In this document: positions 47,388-56,621 of the stretch, piece after piece
How the letters are laid out: the number at the start of each line of letters is the position of its first letter
How positions within the stretch are numbered: the stretch's first letter is position 1
From: a virus
Taxonomy: Duplodnaviria; Caudoviricetes
Length of the DNA stretch: 64,000 nucleotides
Direction: 5' to 3' (one strand)
Virus record (IMG/VR): IMGVR_UViG_3300014205_000002
Span: 32,001 to 96,000 of that record
Notes under the pieces: model-generated
Told to the model about the DNA's origin: nothing
What the model saw: the letters and a program-made list of their open reading frames with translations, nothing else
Databases searched by the model: none
Made by a program: the position numbers and the translations under genes

Positions 47388-47837
47388 TTGGCCGTTGGAT
47401 TCGCATCCGGCACCTTTGAGAAGATCGCCGAGGGCGTCTTTCGGGTGCGACTCGCGCAGGGGTTCGCCTCGGCGCATCCGGCCACGGGCATGGAAAAGCT
47501 CGCCTTCGAGGTCCTCTACACGCTGTTCTCAACCGAGGGCTCTTTGCCTTTCGATCCCACGAAGGGCACCCAGCTGATGGGCCTCGTCGGGCAGACGAAC
47601 TACGGGGCCGAGGACACCGACCTCGCGGCCACCATCACCGCCGAGGTAATCAAGGCGGAGAGCCAGGTGCTCGCGAGCCAGCTCGCCGCGACCCTGCCTG
47701 ATACAGAGCGCCTCAAGAGCCTGATTCTCGCCGAGGTAACGCTCGACCGTGACGAGCAGGAGGTGTCCTTTCGGATTGGCATCGTGAACGTCCTCGACGA
47801 GTTCGTGGGCCTTGAAATTGTGACGGAGGCTTCCTAG
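47388..47837 (+). CDS. Baseplate wedge protein (gp25/gpW-like)
   Basis: LFSTEGSLPFDPTKGTQL motif; precedes baseplate J. Confidence 0.75.
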   Translation: MAVGFASGTFEKIAEGVFRVRLAQGFASAHPATGMEKLAFEVLYTLFSTEGSLPFDPTKGTQLMGLVGQTNYGAEDTDLAATITAEVIKAESQVLASQLAATLPDTERLKSLILAEVTLDRDEQEVSFRIGIVNVLDEFVGLEIVTEAS

Positions 47838-49300
47838 TGGCGACCATCAGCGATCTGATCCTGGCGCAGGCTGAGGCCTTCATCGAGGCCGCCATCAAGG
47901 CGCGCTACCCGGAGCTGGATCTGCGCAAGGGCACGCCCCAATGGGATCTGCTCGTCAATCCGCATCTGCCGATCATCTCGGAGATCGTGGGCCTGCTCAA
48001 CGATGCCGACCGCAAGAAGACCTTGCTGTCAGCCTCGGAGATGACCGACACCGAGCTGAATGCCCGCGGCGAGTTCTACTTCGTGCCGCGCAACGGCGGG
48101 GACATCGCGTCGGGCTCGATCCGGCTCAAGTTCAACGCGCCGCGCGACGTCGCGCTCACGACCGGGGCCACCGCGACCCAGGCCGGCCTCGTCTATCACC
48201 CGGTCGTCGACGTCTCGCGCGCCGACACGGCTCTTGCGCAGGATCCCGCCCTGGGCTTCTACTACGTCGACCTGGTGATCGCTGCGGAGCTGGCTGGCGC
48301 AGACTACGACACCATCGTCGGCACCTCGTTCGAGATCGCTGAGTTCGCGGGCGACCCCACCTTCATCGAGGCGATCGCCGTCTCGCCGATCCAGGGTGGC
48401 CTCGACGACGAGCAGCCAGACGACTACTACAACCGCATCGTCGACTCGCAGACGGCGCGCAATCTGGTTTCGGATCGCTCGACCAGCGCGATGCTGCGCT
48501 CGGAGTTCAAAGGCGTGATCAAGAAGGTCCTTGTGATCGGCTACCAGGATCCCGAGATGCGCCGCGACCTCATGCGCGTGGTCGACGCCACCTTGAACGA
48601 GACCATCAGCTTCCACCGCGGCGGGCACACGGACGTGTACGTCCACACGCCGATCGTCAGGCAGGCCGTCGAGCTTGAGGTACCCGAGGATCTCCACATC
48701 GACCTCTCGGCCTACCGGGCGATCTTGAAGATCCATTCCGTCAGCCTGAAAGACGACCCCACGACCCAGCCCTTCTACCAGCTGGTCGACACCGATGTGC
48801 TCACGCGCTACAGCGCCACCGACCCCGCGCGCCTGATGGTCGACCCCGCCGCCGCCGGCCAGACCGTCGTCGTCGACATCTCCTACGCGCCGGACGTCGT
48901 CGCGATCCACGAGTTCGTGAACGGCCCCGATCAGCGCGTCTCCAATGCGGACATGCTCGTGCGCCACTTCTACCCGGCCTGGGTCAGCATGAACGCCTAT
49001 GTCGAGGGCGCGGCCGGCAAGGAGACGGGCATCCTCAAAGCGATCGGCAGCTACCTCGATCAGCTCACCGGCGAGGAGTCGCTCGTGATCTCGCGTGTGA
49101 CCGACGCCATGCATGAAGAGGCGATCGTTGGCGTCCATCAGGACTATGAGGTCAGTGTCCAGCTCTACTTCGGCGATGGCGAGGAGATCGAGATCGCCTC
49201 GGGCGTCGCGCTCGATCTGCCGAACCGGCCGGACAAGGGGTTCAGTCCGCGCCTGGCGGTCTTTGTGGCCGAGGGTGTCGTGGTAACGCCGCTCTCATGA
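47837..49300 (+). CDS. Baseplate J-like protein
   Basis: DLRKGT..WDL, AELAGADYD, GGLDDEQPDDYYNRI, GGHTDVYV. Confidence 0.8.
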   Translation: MATISDLILAQAEAFIEAAIKARYPELDLRKGTPQWDLLVNPHLPIISEIVGLLNDADRKKTLLSASEMTDTELNARGEFYFVPRNGGDIASGSIRLKFNAPRDVALTTGATATQAGLVYHPVVDVSRADTALAQDPALGFYYVDLVIAAELAGADYDTIVGTSFEIAEFAGDPTFIEAIAVSPIQGGLDDEQPDDYYNRIVDSQTARNLVSDRSTSAMLRSEFKGVIKKVLVIGYQDPEMRRDLMRVVDATLNETISFHRGGHTDVYVHTPIVRQAVELEVPEDLHIDLSAYRAILKIHSVSLKDDPTTQPFYQLVDTDVLTRYSATDPARLMVDPAAAGQTVVVDISYAPDVVAIHEFVNGPDQRVSNADMLVRHFYPAWVSMNAYVEGAAGKETGILKAIGSYLDQLTGEESLVISRVTDAMHEEAIVGVHQDYEVSVQLYFGDGEEIEIASGVALDLPNRPDKGFSPRLAVFVAEGVVVTPLS

Positions 49301-49356
49301 CGACGGGTGTATAATTTAGGTCAAAAACACCTATAACTACTTTGAAGGCGAACTTT

Positions 49357-49398
49357 ACGTCCCTCTTGGCCCGCAAGGCCAGGGGGGACGTGTCTTTT
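49357..49398 (+). terminator. Intrinsic terminator at the late/early boundary
   Basis: ACGTCCCTCTTGGCC-CGCAA-GGCCAGGGGGGACGT then GTCTTTT. Confidence 0.6.
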
Positions 49399-49409
49399 AG
49401 GAGGTTTCC

Positions 49410-49679
49410 ATGCCCATCTGGTCCGTCTGGTTTTTTTATGGCCGCGACAGGCCACTTCCCTACTGGGAAGACCCAGAGGCCCGCTACGTGGACTGGCCGG
49501 CGTTCGATTCGGCTGGCGCGCTTCCGGCGCGCTCGCGGCGCATCCTCGCACCAGCTCCCATCGCTCTCGGTCGCGGTCGACCGAAGCCAGCGCCATCCCG
49601 TAAGTCCCCCGCCGCCCCGCCTGCCGCCTTCGTCCTCGACGTCGTCGTCTGGCTTGAAGAGTTCGACCTCGCCGCCTAG
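49410..49679 (+). CDS. Hypothetical protein
   Basis: 89 aa; AGGAGG RBS. Confidence 0.5.
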   Translation: MPIWSVWFFYGRDRPLPYWEDPEARYVDWPAFDSAGALPARSRRILAPAPIALGRGRPKPAPSRKSPAAPPAAFVLDVVVWLEEFDLAA

Positions 49680-49733
49680 TCCTGTCCGGGCATCACTGTC
49701 GTTGGCACAGCCAGCAGAAAAAGGAGTCCATCC

Positions 49734-50495
49734 ATGTTCAATATCGACGCACAGCAGAAGGCCATCGTCGCCGCCGGAGCCGCCCTCGTCGCCATCGCCG
49801 GCTCGGCCATCGCCGCCGGCGTGTACCTCTCGGATGCCACCAACCGCGATCACCTCAGCACCGAGGCCGGCAAGGCCGCCGACGCCGTCAAGGAGGCGGC
49901 CACGAACCTCGCCGCGAACCTGAACCCCTTCGCCAAGGCGGCGGCCCCTGCGGCCGCACCCACGCCTCCCACGAAGGCCCAGGCGGTACGTGTCGAGCCC
50001 ACCGTCATCAAGCCGGAGCCGCAGCCCAAGAACCGCGCCCTGACGCACTACAAGCTCGGCGACTACACACTCTCGGCCCTGGAGGTGTCACCCGGCGTCA
50101 TCGAGCTGGACATGTGGATCGAGGGCACGGGCATCCTGCCGCTCGCCCGGGAGGTCTTCGGCCGAGGGCCCGGCGAGGTGCGCATCGGCGCGGACTTGCT
50201 CGACGCCCATGTCCTGAGCTTCACCAACTGGTACAACAAGTCGCGCTACTCGGATCTGTTCGTCGCCGCAGCCCGCGAACTGGCGGGCCATCACCGCATT
50301 GAGACCCGCGATCACGCGCGGGCCGCCACGATTCTCTGGGAGCCCGCCGGGGGCGGCGTCATCGTCGCCACCGGCTTCAACTATCCCAGCAAGCCCGAGA
50401 AGTGCTGGGTCGAGTTCTCGGCCGACCGCACGCGCCGCCTGGAGGGCGCGGAGGCGGTCATGCTGCTCGCCGTCGGTCAGCAGGTCGCCGCCTGA
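49734..50495 (+). CDS. Hypothetical protein with N-terminal membrane anchor
   Basis: 253 aa; AAAGGAG RBS; hydrophobic N-terminus; Ala/Pro linker. Confidence 0.65.
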   Translation: MFNIDAQQKAIVAAGAALVAIAGSAIAAGVYLSDATNRDHLSTEAGKAADAVKEAATNLAANLNPFAKAAAPAAAPTPPTKAQAVRVEPTVIKPEPQPKNRALTHYKLGDYTLSALEVSPGVIELDMWIEGTGILPLAREVFGRGPGEVRIGADLLDAHVLSFTNWYNKSRYSDLFVAAARELAGHHRIETRDHARAATILWEPAGGGVIVATGFNYPSKPEKCWVEFSADRTRRLEGAEAVMLLAVGQQVAA

Positions 50496-50665
50496 TGGCC
50501 GGGTTCACACGCCTCTGCTCATGTCGAGCCGCCCTTCACCACCTCGTTTTGGCCCTGCGCCTGGTGGAGGGTGAGAACCCCGGTGTCACCCTCAAGCAGG
50601 CCCTGGATTCGCCGGCGATCGCCGCGCGTCTCCAGGGCCTCGCAGGCCGCGCGGTGCGGCCGTAA
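50495..50665 (+). CDS. Small hypothetical protein
   Basis: TGATG overlap; 56 aa. Confidence 0.4.
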   Translation: MAGFTRLCSCRAALHHLVLALRLVEGENPGVTLKQALDSPAIAARLQGLAGRAVRP

Positions 50666-50731
50666 ATACCCCCTGGCGAACCAACTTCGCCGCAGTGGGA
50701 CTGCGAAAGCGGACTCACAAGAAAGGACCCC

Positions 50732-51409
50732 ATGACCACGAACACCACCACCAGCTCCTTCGTCGGCAAGAAGGCCGAGCGCGCGGCCGCCCAGGCGCTC
50801 GCCGCATCACTGCCTCTCCAGCACACGCTCTCGCGCATGATCGACGAGAAGCTCATTGCCAACAAGCGCACGCTCGCCCGGGCGAACGAGGCGATCATCA
50901 CCCCCGGCGACGTCACCCGCAACGGCGGCATCCTTGAAGCCCTGCGCGCCAAGCTGATTGGCGGTGTCTGCGGCGACGTGGATCGCTTCGTCAGTTGGAC
51001 CTTTGACGACATCATCGTATTCATGTTCGTCTCCGGCATCTGCGCGCCGATGGTGTTGGATCTGGAAGCCTCTGGCGAGAAGACCGTGGCGAAGGTCATC
51101 CGGACGACACTGGAGCTCTTGAAGAACCACCCAGCTCTGGATATCGACCCCAAGGGCATCACCGACGAGGCCGAGGCAGAGCGCTGCCAGGAGCTGGACG
51201 CTATGATCCAGGGTATGATCGCGAACCAGCCGCCCAGCGAGGAGCTGAGCGAGCACATTAGCGTTCTGCGCAGCTATGGCGATCCAGCAACGTTCGCGCG
51301 GGCCGTACGGGCGGCGCTGTATCTCCACTGCCGAGTGGCCCAGGCCTACGGGCTCACGCCCAAACGTTTCTACACCACGGTCGGGTCCGTCTGGGCTCAG
51401 GAAGGATAG
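50732..51409 (+). CDS. Hypothetical protein
   Basis: 225 aa; RBS. Confidence 0.65.
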   Translation: MTTNTTTSSFVGKKAERAAAQALAASLPLQHTLSRMIDEKLIANKRTLARANEAIITPGDVTRNGGILEALRAKLIGGVCGDVDRFVSWTFDDIIVFMFVSGICAPMVLDLEASGEKTVAKVIRTTLELLKNHPALDIDPKGITDEAEAERCQELDAMIQGMIANQPPSEELSEHISVLRSYGDPATFARAVRAALYLHCRVAQAYGLTPKRFYTTVGSVWAQEG

Positions 51410-51413
51410 GCCT

Positions 51414-51755
51414 ATGCCGAACCTCATTCTGCATGCGGCGGGGGCGGCCACGCTCACCGGCCGTCACCCCAGTACCGGCCACGACCTGGTACTGCCGGCG
51501 GGCAATATCCGCATCGGCCAGGAATTCCAGACAAAGTCGATGATCGACGGCCGCGAGGTCATCGCCATCGCCTTCGCCGATGTTCGCCGACAGCCGGCGG
51601 ACCCTCGGACCATGATTCAGTGCAAGACGCGGGACGGCGAGATCTTCTCGCACGTCGTCTGCGACGACCTGATCGTCGCCCTGCGTGGCGACATCTTCAA
51701 GCTGGCGCAGCAACTCGATATCGTTATCCCGCGCCGCGATCGGCGCACCGCCTAG
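51414..51755 (+). CDS. Hypothetical protein
   Basis: 113 aa from ATG 51414. Confidence 0.55.
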   Translation: MPNLILHAAGAATLTGRHPSTGHDLVLPAGNIRIGQEFQTKSMIDGREVIAIAFADVRRQPADPRTMIQCKTRDGEIFSHVVCDDLIVALRGDIFKLAQQLDIVIPRRDRRTA

Positions 51756-51774
51756 CGGGTCCTGCTGCCCCTTG

Positions 51775-51830
51775 AGGGCCGGGGGCACCGTCGCCTTGTG
51801 CGGCGGTGCCCCCGCAGGCCCTTTGCTTTA
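51775..51830 (+). terminator. Long hairpin/terminator
   Basis: GGGGGCACCGTCGC-CTTGT-GCGGCGGTGCCCCC with outer AGGGCC/GGCCCT and a T-rich tail. Confidence 0.6.
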
Positions 51831-51847
51831 GCTCCCGAGGAGATCCT

Positions 51848-52354
51848 ATGCTCTTGAACTTCACCCCGCCCGATCGGGCGAGATTCGACTCCGACGAGAC
51901 CTGGGGCGACGCCTACTGGAAGGCGCGCAAGGCCTTCATTCATGCCGGCCACTCCGAGCGTCATGACGACTACTGTGCCGCGAGCGACGGCGAGAAGCGC
52001 TACGCCTTTCAGATTCAGCAGATGTACGAGGGCTCGGGCGACTATCTCAGCGGGAACAGCTCCCACGAGCTGCCCTGGTTCGACGACGTCGACAAGGCGA
52101 TCGCCTACCTAGAGCAGGCCCCGTTCCCCGGCTCGGTGCAGCGCACGGCCGCCGGCCTCAAGGGCGAGCCGACCTGGCTCACCGCTGGCGTGGCCTACAC
52201 GAAGTGGGCCGGCGAGCAGGATTACTGGAAGGCCCGCAACCTGACGCCGGGCTTGCATCACTGGCATCCGGAGCTTGGTCAGACCGGGCCGGGCACCGTG
52301 CCCTGTACGCTCTGTGACGTCGCCCGCGCGGACGCACCGCACACTGAAAGGTGA
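51848..52354 (+). CDS. Hypothetical protein
   Basis: GAGGAG RBS before ATG 51848. Confidence 0.6.
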   Translation: MLLNFTPPDRARFDSDETWGDAYWKARKAFIHAGHSERHDDYCAASDGEKRYAFQIQQMYEGSGDYLSGNSSHELPWFDDVDKAIAYLEQAPFPGSVQRTAAGLKGEPTWLTAGVAYTKWAGEQDYWKARNLTPGLHHWHPELGQTGPGTVPCTLCDVARADAPHTER

Positions 52355-53385
52355 CACATATGATTGATTATGAGCACATGGACTTCGACTGTGACGTCCC
52401 TGACGAACTCATGTGCGACCTAAAACAGATTCTCGACGCCCGGAACCGGATCAAGGTATGCGTCGCCGGCAAACTCTACGAGTACCGTCCGGTCGTTGTT
52501 TTTAGTGAAAACTCCGGCACGGTGATTGTCGTCATCAAGTATGCCGACAACGAGGCGCATCTTTCTGATGTGGCGGAGTTCGAGTACGGCGAGTACAAAG
52601 ACCTCTCCGAGGACAAGCGGATCGATCTGGTTCGTTTTAAGTTTCTGGAGATGAAGGATACCTTTGATTGCGTCTCATTCAATATCCCCCGAGAGTTGGG
52701 ACTATTGGAGACGTTTAAGGGGTTGGCCGAGCCTGCGGCCGTCAGCACGGCGACGTGCTCACCTTGGCGCGTCGAGGGCGTCGTTCCAGACGAAGGCATG
52801 GTCAACAAGTTGCTCGTCATCATCCAGAATGAGATTCTTGAGCATTACTCTGACATGCTCGCGTTCGATGTGGACGACGCTGACGACCTCGGTGGTAGCA
52901 TCGTTGATCGGGTGTTTGCGGAGATCGCGCCCGACAAGATCGCCAAGATGCCCAGCGACGATGATGACGCTTCCGAATCCGTCGTTATTACCGACGAAGT
53001 CAAGGAGGCGTTTCGAGACGCCCTCTGGGGCTATTTTAAGATCGCCTCGCCATTGGCGATACGAACCAAGGAAGGCCGCGAGGCCGCAATCGACATGATC
53101 GAGGCTGCTGTTGAGAGCCCCAATCTAGAGGGTAGCTACCTCAAGGATAGCCTTGTTTCTATGACGAATTGGCATAACTTCATGACCGTCACGGAGCTTG
53201 AGCGCAACATTGGTTATGCGATCCTCAATCAGGCTGGCCACGTCCCTATAACCAATGGTTACGGTTACTTGATCTGCACCAATGAGCATCGTCAACTCAC
53301 CGAGATGGAGATCGACTCCATGTCAGATAAGGCCCTGGAGATGATCGTCACCTTCCTTGAGTCCGGCGAGACGGACGACGACTAG
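52351..53385 (+). CDS. Acidic hypothetical protein
   Basis: 344 aa; D/E-rich; AT-richer codon usage. Confidence 0.65.
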   Translation: MTHMIDYEHMDFDCDVPDELMCDLKQILDARNRIKVCVAGKLYEYRPVVVFSENSGTVIVVIKYADNEAHLSDVAEFEYGEYKDLSEDKRIDLVRFKFLEMKDTFDCVSFNIPRELGLLETFKGLAEPAAVSTATCSPWRVEGVVPDEGMVNKLLVIIQNEILEHYSDMLAFDVDDADDLGGSIVDRVFAEIAPDKIAKMPSDDDDASESVVITDEVKEAFRDALWGYFKIASPLAIRTKEGREAAIDMIEAAVESPNLEGSYLKDSLVSMTNWHNFMTVTELERNIGYAILNQAGHVPITNGYGYLICTNEHRQLTEMEIDSMSDKALEMIVTFLESGETDDD

Positions 53386-53387
53386 GC

Positions 53388-53413
53388 TTCCTGATAATCG
53401 CGGTTATCAGGAA
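53388..53413. repeat. Perfect palindrome TTCCTGATAA-TCGCGG-TTATCAGGAA (10-6-10)
   Basis: Read directly; related copy GGTCAGATAA-GACTCA-TTATCTGTAC at 53599-53624. Confidence 0.8.
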
Positions 53414-53689
53414 AAGCCACGGGAACGTGACGCGCGCGAATGCCCTGGGCGTTCGGACCTGGCGCGCGACGGGCCGCCGTAGGGGCGCACGCGCGTTATC
53501 TGGCGCGCGTTATCTAGGCTTGGCACAGGCACTCGTGGGCGCTGCTCCGTAAGCACGCGCCCAGAGCCAGTTTCCGGAAATAGCCCGCATCCGGAATAGG
53601 TCAGATAAGACTCATTATCTGTACTGGCGCGGGTTTCGGTGCTTTTGTCACGCGTCGCGGCCGAGTTGGTCGCGGCAGAGAGGAACCCT

Positions 53690-54376
53690 GTGGAAAAACA
53701 GCTTGCGACCACGGATCCCCACAAGGGGCCGATCATCGACATGCATGCCTCAGACAAGGAAGTCACTCGCGTCTTGAAGGAGGCCGGACACCTGGGCTAC
53801 GCCCGCGGCTATCCGACCAATAGCGACTATGAGCGGTACGTCCTGGTCAACATCCAAACAATCCAGGATGCCTACGCGTTCATGGAACAGTTGATCCGGC
53901 ACAGCTATCACCACCGACCTCGGTGGGCCGTTCACGCAAAGTGGGTGGATACCTGCACTAAAGTGAGCGTGGCACGGCGCACCTACGAGGGTGACAGCAG
54001 TACTTTCTGGTGCGAGCGGCCACGTATGCCGCTTAGCAGTGCCCGTCTGACCCATTGCGGCTGCCACGGCGTCGGTGCCTTCGATGTCCGCAAGGACACC
54101 GGCCGTCCACCATGGGCATTCAACACCCCTAAAGAGCGGGTGAGGGACGCCTATCGCGACTCCCGCTTCAACGCAAACGGTTGCCAGTGTGTCATCATAG
54201 TAGGCGATCGTGTTCTCGGCACAGGCGAGACCGCGGCCAAGGCCTGGGCTGCCGCCGACTTTGCTCTTGAGGAGCAAGTCGTCGCGCGGTGGTACCAGGG
54301 AAACGGCCGACAATTGGCTCCGGCCATGTTCAAGCTGGAGGCGAATCTCGCGCCGTGCCTGTCCAAGATGGCCTGA
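53690..54376 (+). CDS. Hypothetical protein
   Basis: GTG start after GAGAGGA; 228 aa. Confidence 0.55.
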   Translation: MEKQLATTDPHKGPIIDMHASDKEVTRVLKEAGHLGYARGYPTNSDYERYVLVNIQTIQDAYAFMEQLIRHSYHHRPRWAVHAKWVDTCTKVSVARRTYEGDSSTFWCERPRMPLSSARLTHCGCHGVGAFDVRKDTGRPPWAFNTPKERVRDAYRDSRFNANGCQCVIIVGDRVLGTGETAAKAWAAADFALEEQVVARWYQGNGRQLAPAMFKLEANLAPCLSKMA

Positions 54377-54491
54377 CCAACGACCCGCAAGACGACCGAC
54401 CGTCGGGTCACCATTCGCATCTCTTCTGGGGACGGACCAGCAGAGACATCACCAAACTCTATCCACCCCACTCCATTAAAAGGACCCCTTC

Positions 54492-54830
54492 ATGATCATC
54501 ACCAACCGGAAGAACGCCCCGCTCGCCGCCCAGTGGATCAAAGATAAGCGCACCGAGGCAGGTCTCACGCTGCGGGACATTGAGAAGAAGGTCGATGGCA
54601 TCACCTACTCGCACATGTCGCGCATCGAGAATGGTACCCGGCGCATTCCGCTCGATCGCGTCGACGATCTCTGTGACGTCATGGGCGCGCCCCGTCATGA
54701 GCTGCGCGCGCTCGTGCTTACAGAAGACATGAGCGCAGACGATCAGCTCAAGGTGGCCGAAGCTATCCTCAGGCGGCTCGGGCTCACCCTCGCGATCTCG
54801 GCGACGGCGACGCCGGAGCTGGCGGCGTGA
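54492..54830 (+). CDS. XRE/Cro-CI family HTH transcriptional regulator
   Basis: IKDKRTEAGLTLRDIEKKVDGITYSHMSRIENGTRRIP. Confidence 0.9.
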   Translation: MIITNRKNAPLAAQWIKDKRTEAGLTLRDIEKKVDGITYSHMSRIENGTRRIPLDRVDDLCDVMGAPRHELRALVLTEDMSADDQLKVAEAILRRLGLTLAISATATPELAA

Positions 54831-55075
54831 AGCGCCAACCCAAGCCGTCCTTCATGGACCACTGGCAATTGCTACATGACCATCCGCCCGCGCCATTCAA
54901 CCCGCTGGCCGTCCAGGAGACGGCTGCGGAGAAGCAGACGCGCGAAGAGGCCGATCGGGCATTCTGCACGACCCTGCCGGATGTCCCCGAGGAGGAGAAG
55001 CGCCCGCTGCGCGCAGCGTTTCGCCGGACGTACTGGGACGACTTTGTGGCGAAGAAGCGGCCGACTGCGCGATAA
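54827..55075 (+). CDS. Hypothetical protein
   Basis: GTGA overlap; 82 aa. Confidence 0.55.
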   Translation: MKRQPKPSFMDHWQLLHDHPPAPFNPLAVQETAAEKQTREEADRAFCTTLPDVPEEEKRPLRAAFRRTYWDDFVAKKRPTAR

Positions 55076-55092
55076 TCTCTGGTCCTCGGTCC

Positions 55093-55181
55093 GTCGTCAC
55101 GTGACGGCGATCTGGGGGCCCAGTACCGAGAGTGCCGTCTCGTGACGGCATCTGATCGATCGACTGCCGTCCCGTGACGGC
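55093..55181. promoter_or_regulatory. Three 16-bp palindromic operator-like sites, consensus GCCGTCNCGTGACGGC
   Basis: Copies at 55093-55108, 55134-55149 and 55166-55181 in one intergenic gap. Confidence 0.7.
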
Positions 55182-55200
55182 GGCGCACGGAAAGGACCCC

Positions 55201-55692
55201 ATGGACATCAAGGAGAAGGTCTTGGCCCAGGTCGCGGAGCTGGCGAAGAAAGGTTATGTCGTCACGCTCTCTGAGACATATCTTTCGCGCATCGAGAGCG
55301 CGAAGGACGACTGGGACTTCGCCGACTGCCCCGACACGACGCTGATCACCGTCGCGAAGGACGGCCAGGTCGCCGAGGCATCGAGTATTGGCGAGCGGCG
55401 CGTCACACTCAAGGAGTGGACGGGCATCGAGAGTTCGGTCGTGATCGAAGACTGGCACAACAAGCTCTTGCCCGATGCAGAGCGGGTGCTGTTCGACAAG
55501 TTCGGCGACGGCGAGGAGTTCCTCTTCGGCGGCCGCACCTACGAGTTCAACCAGGAGAACAACGGCTGGTTTGAAGACAGCTACTTCGTCGACGGCATCC
55601 AGGATGGCGACGGCTGCGACCCTTACCACGACGTGCCGATGCCGCAGGATGTGGCGGACGGCTTTGAGCGGCGCGACTGGTTCGACGCCTAA
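55201..55692 (+). CDS. Acidic hypothetical protein
   Basis: AAAGGA RBS before ATG 55201. Confidence 0.6.
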   Translation: MDIKEKVLAQVAELAKKGYVVTLSETYLSRIESAKDDWDFADCPDTTLITVAKDGQVAEASSIGERRVTLKEWTGIESSVVIEDWHNKLLPDAERVLFDKFGDGEEFLFGGRTYEFNQENNGWFEDSYFVDGIQDGDGCDPYHDVPMPQDVADGFERRDWFDA

Positions 55693-55726
55693 CTCCGGAG
55701 TGATACCCCTGACAGAGGATGAACAC

Positions 55727-56107
55727 ATGGTCAATTGCCCCGTCTGCGGCACCGCTGTTGCGCTCGATCGCATCGGCGGCAAGCCTTGCTATGAGCATCA
55801 TTACAATGGTGACAACGCACACTGCCCTGGCTCGATCCAACTCCATGCGGACGCCGTTGCGACGGTATCCGCCGATGCCGATGGCCCGACCGGCACGAAA
55901 CTAAGCGCGGGCGACACCTTCACCGCCGACAACATCACGCTCCGTATCGTTGAGGGGCCTGACGGCGGCCCGAGCCTGGTGATCGACGACACGTCCGAGG
56001 CTGAGTTCTACATCCTCGACGAAGACGTCAGTCCGGATCGGCGCGCCGTAAACTATTGCAGCGACATCAATGCCTACGTGGCTGACGACCTCGAAGGCGA
56101 CGCGTGA
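55727..56107 (+). CDS. Hypothetical protein with N-terminal CxxC/H/C Zn motif
   Basis: MVNCPVCG...HH...HCPGS; GAGGA RBS. Confidence 0.55.
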   Translation: MVNCPVCGTAVALDRIGGKPCYEHHYNGDNAHCPGSIQLHADAVATVSADADGPTGTKLSAGDTFTADNITLRIVEGPDGGPSLVIDDTSEAEFYILDEDVSPDRRAVNYCSDINAYVADDLEGDA

Positions 56108-56298
56108 TTCGCCGCGTACCCGACATCGCCTGCGACGACTGCGGGGACTGGGTCGGCGACTTTGAGCCAGAGAACGATGCCAGCATTCGGCGGCAGGCAT
56201 ACAAGCGCGGCTGGCGGCGCGCACGTGGTCCGGATGGTAGGCTCTGGGACTACTGCCCCCGCTGCGCCGCCAAACATCCCAGGCTTTCACGGCCATAG
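56104..56298 (+). CDS. Small zinc-finger protein
   Basis: IACDDCG...GW...DYCPRC. Confidence 0.6.
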   Translation: MIRRVPDIACDDCGDWVGDFEPENDASIRRQAYKRGWRRARGPDGRLWDYCPRCAAKHPRLSRP

Positions 56299-56312
56299 CG
56301 GCCAGGAGGAAT

Positions 56313-56621
56313 ATGGCGACCCCGATTCACTTTCAGGCTTGCAACGGCCTGCATACCATCAAGCGCGAGCATCTGGACGAAGAGGGTGGGCGCACTACCT
56401 TCGATGCGGACGAGCATGACCTTTGGCAGGCTGGCTACGTCAAGGTCGCCACCGTCCGCGAGCACATCGAGGCGAACGATCTGGAAGCGCTGGAGGACTT
56501 CTTTTGCGAGGGGCCGGACGACGGCGAGTTGTCCGACGCCGCGATCGAGCACGCCGCCAAGCTTGAGCAGGCCCGCACCCTAGGCTACCAGAGCAAATCC
56601 GACGGAGGTTCCGATGTCTGA
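56313..56621 (+). CDS. Acidic hypothetical protein
   Basis: 102 aa; GGAGG RBS. Confidence 0.6.
   Translation: MATPIHFQACNGLHTIKREHLDEEGGRTTFDADEHDLWQAGYVKVATVREHIEANDLEALEDFFCEGPDDGELSDAAIEHAAKLEQARTLGYQSKSDGGSDV

Noticed and set aside
25889-49300. Bacterial contractile injection system (eCIS/T6SS/tailocin)
   Set aside because: Capsid, protease, portal and terminase are present, so this is a phage
50675-50712. c-di-GMP-I (GEMM) riboswitch-like string GGCGAACCA...AGTGGGACTGCGAAAGC
   Set aside because: Only part of the first stem resembles it; the GNRA loop is not in the expected place and there is no room for the second stem before the RBS
54456-54484. Additional array site before the XRE gene (CTCCATTAAAAGGA)
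   Set aside because: The right half resembles the motif but the left arm (ACTCTATCC) does not, so it was not counted
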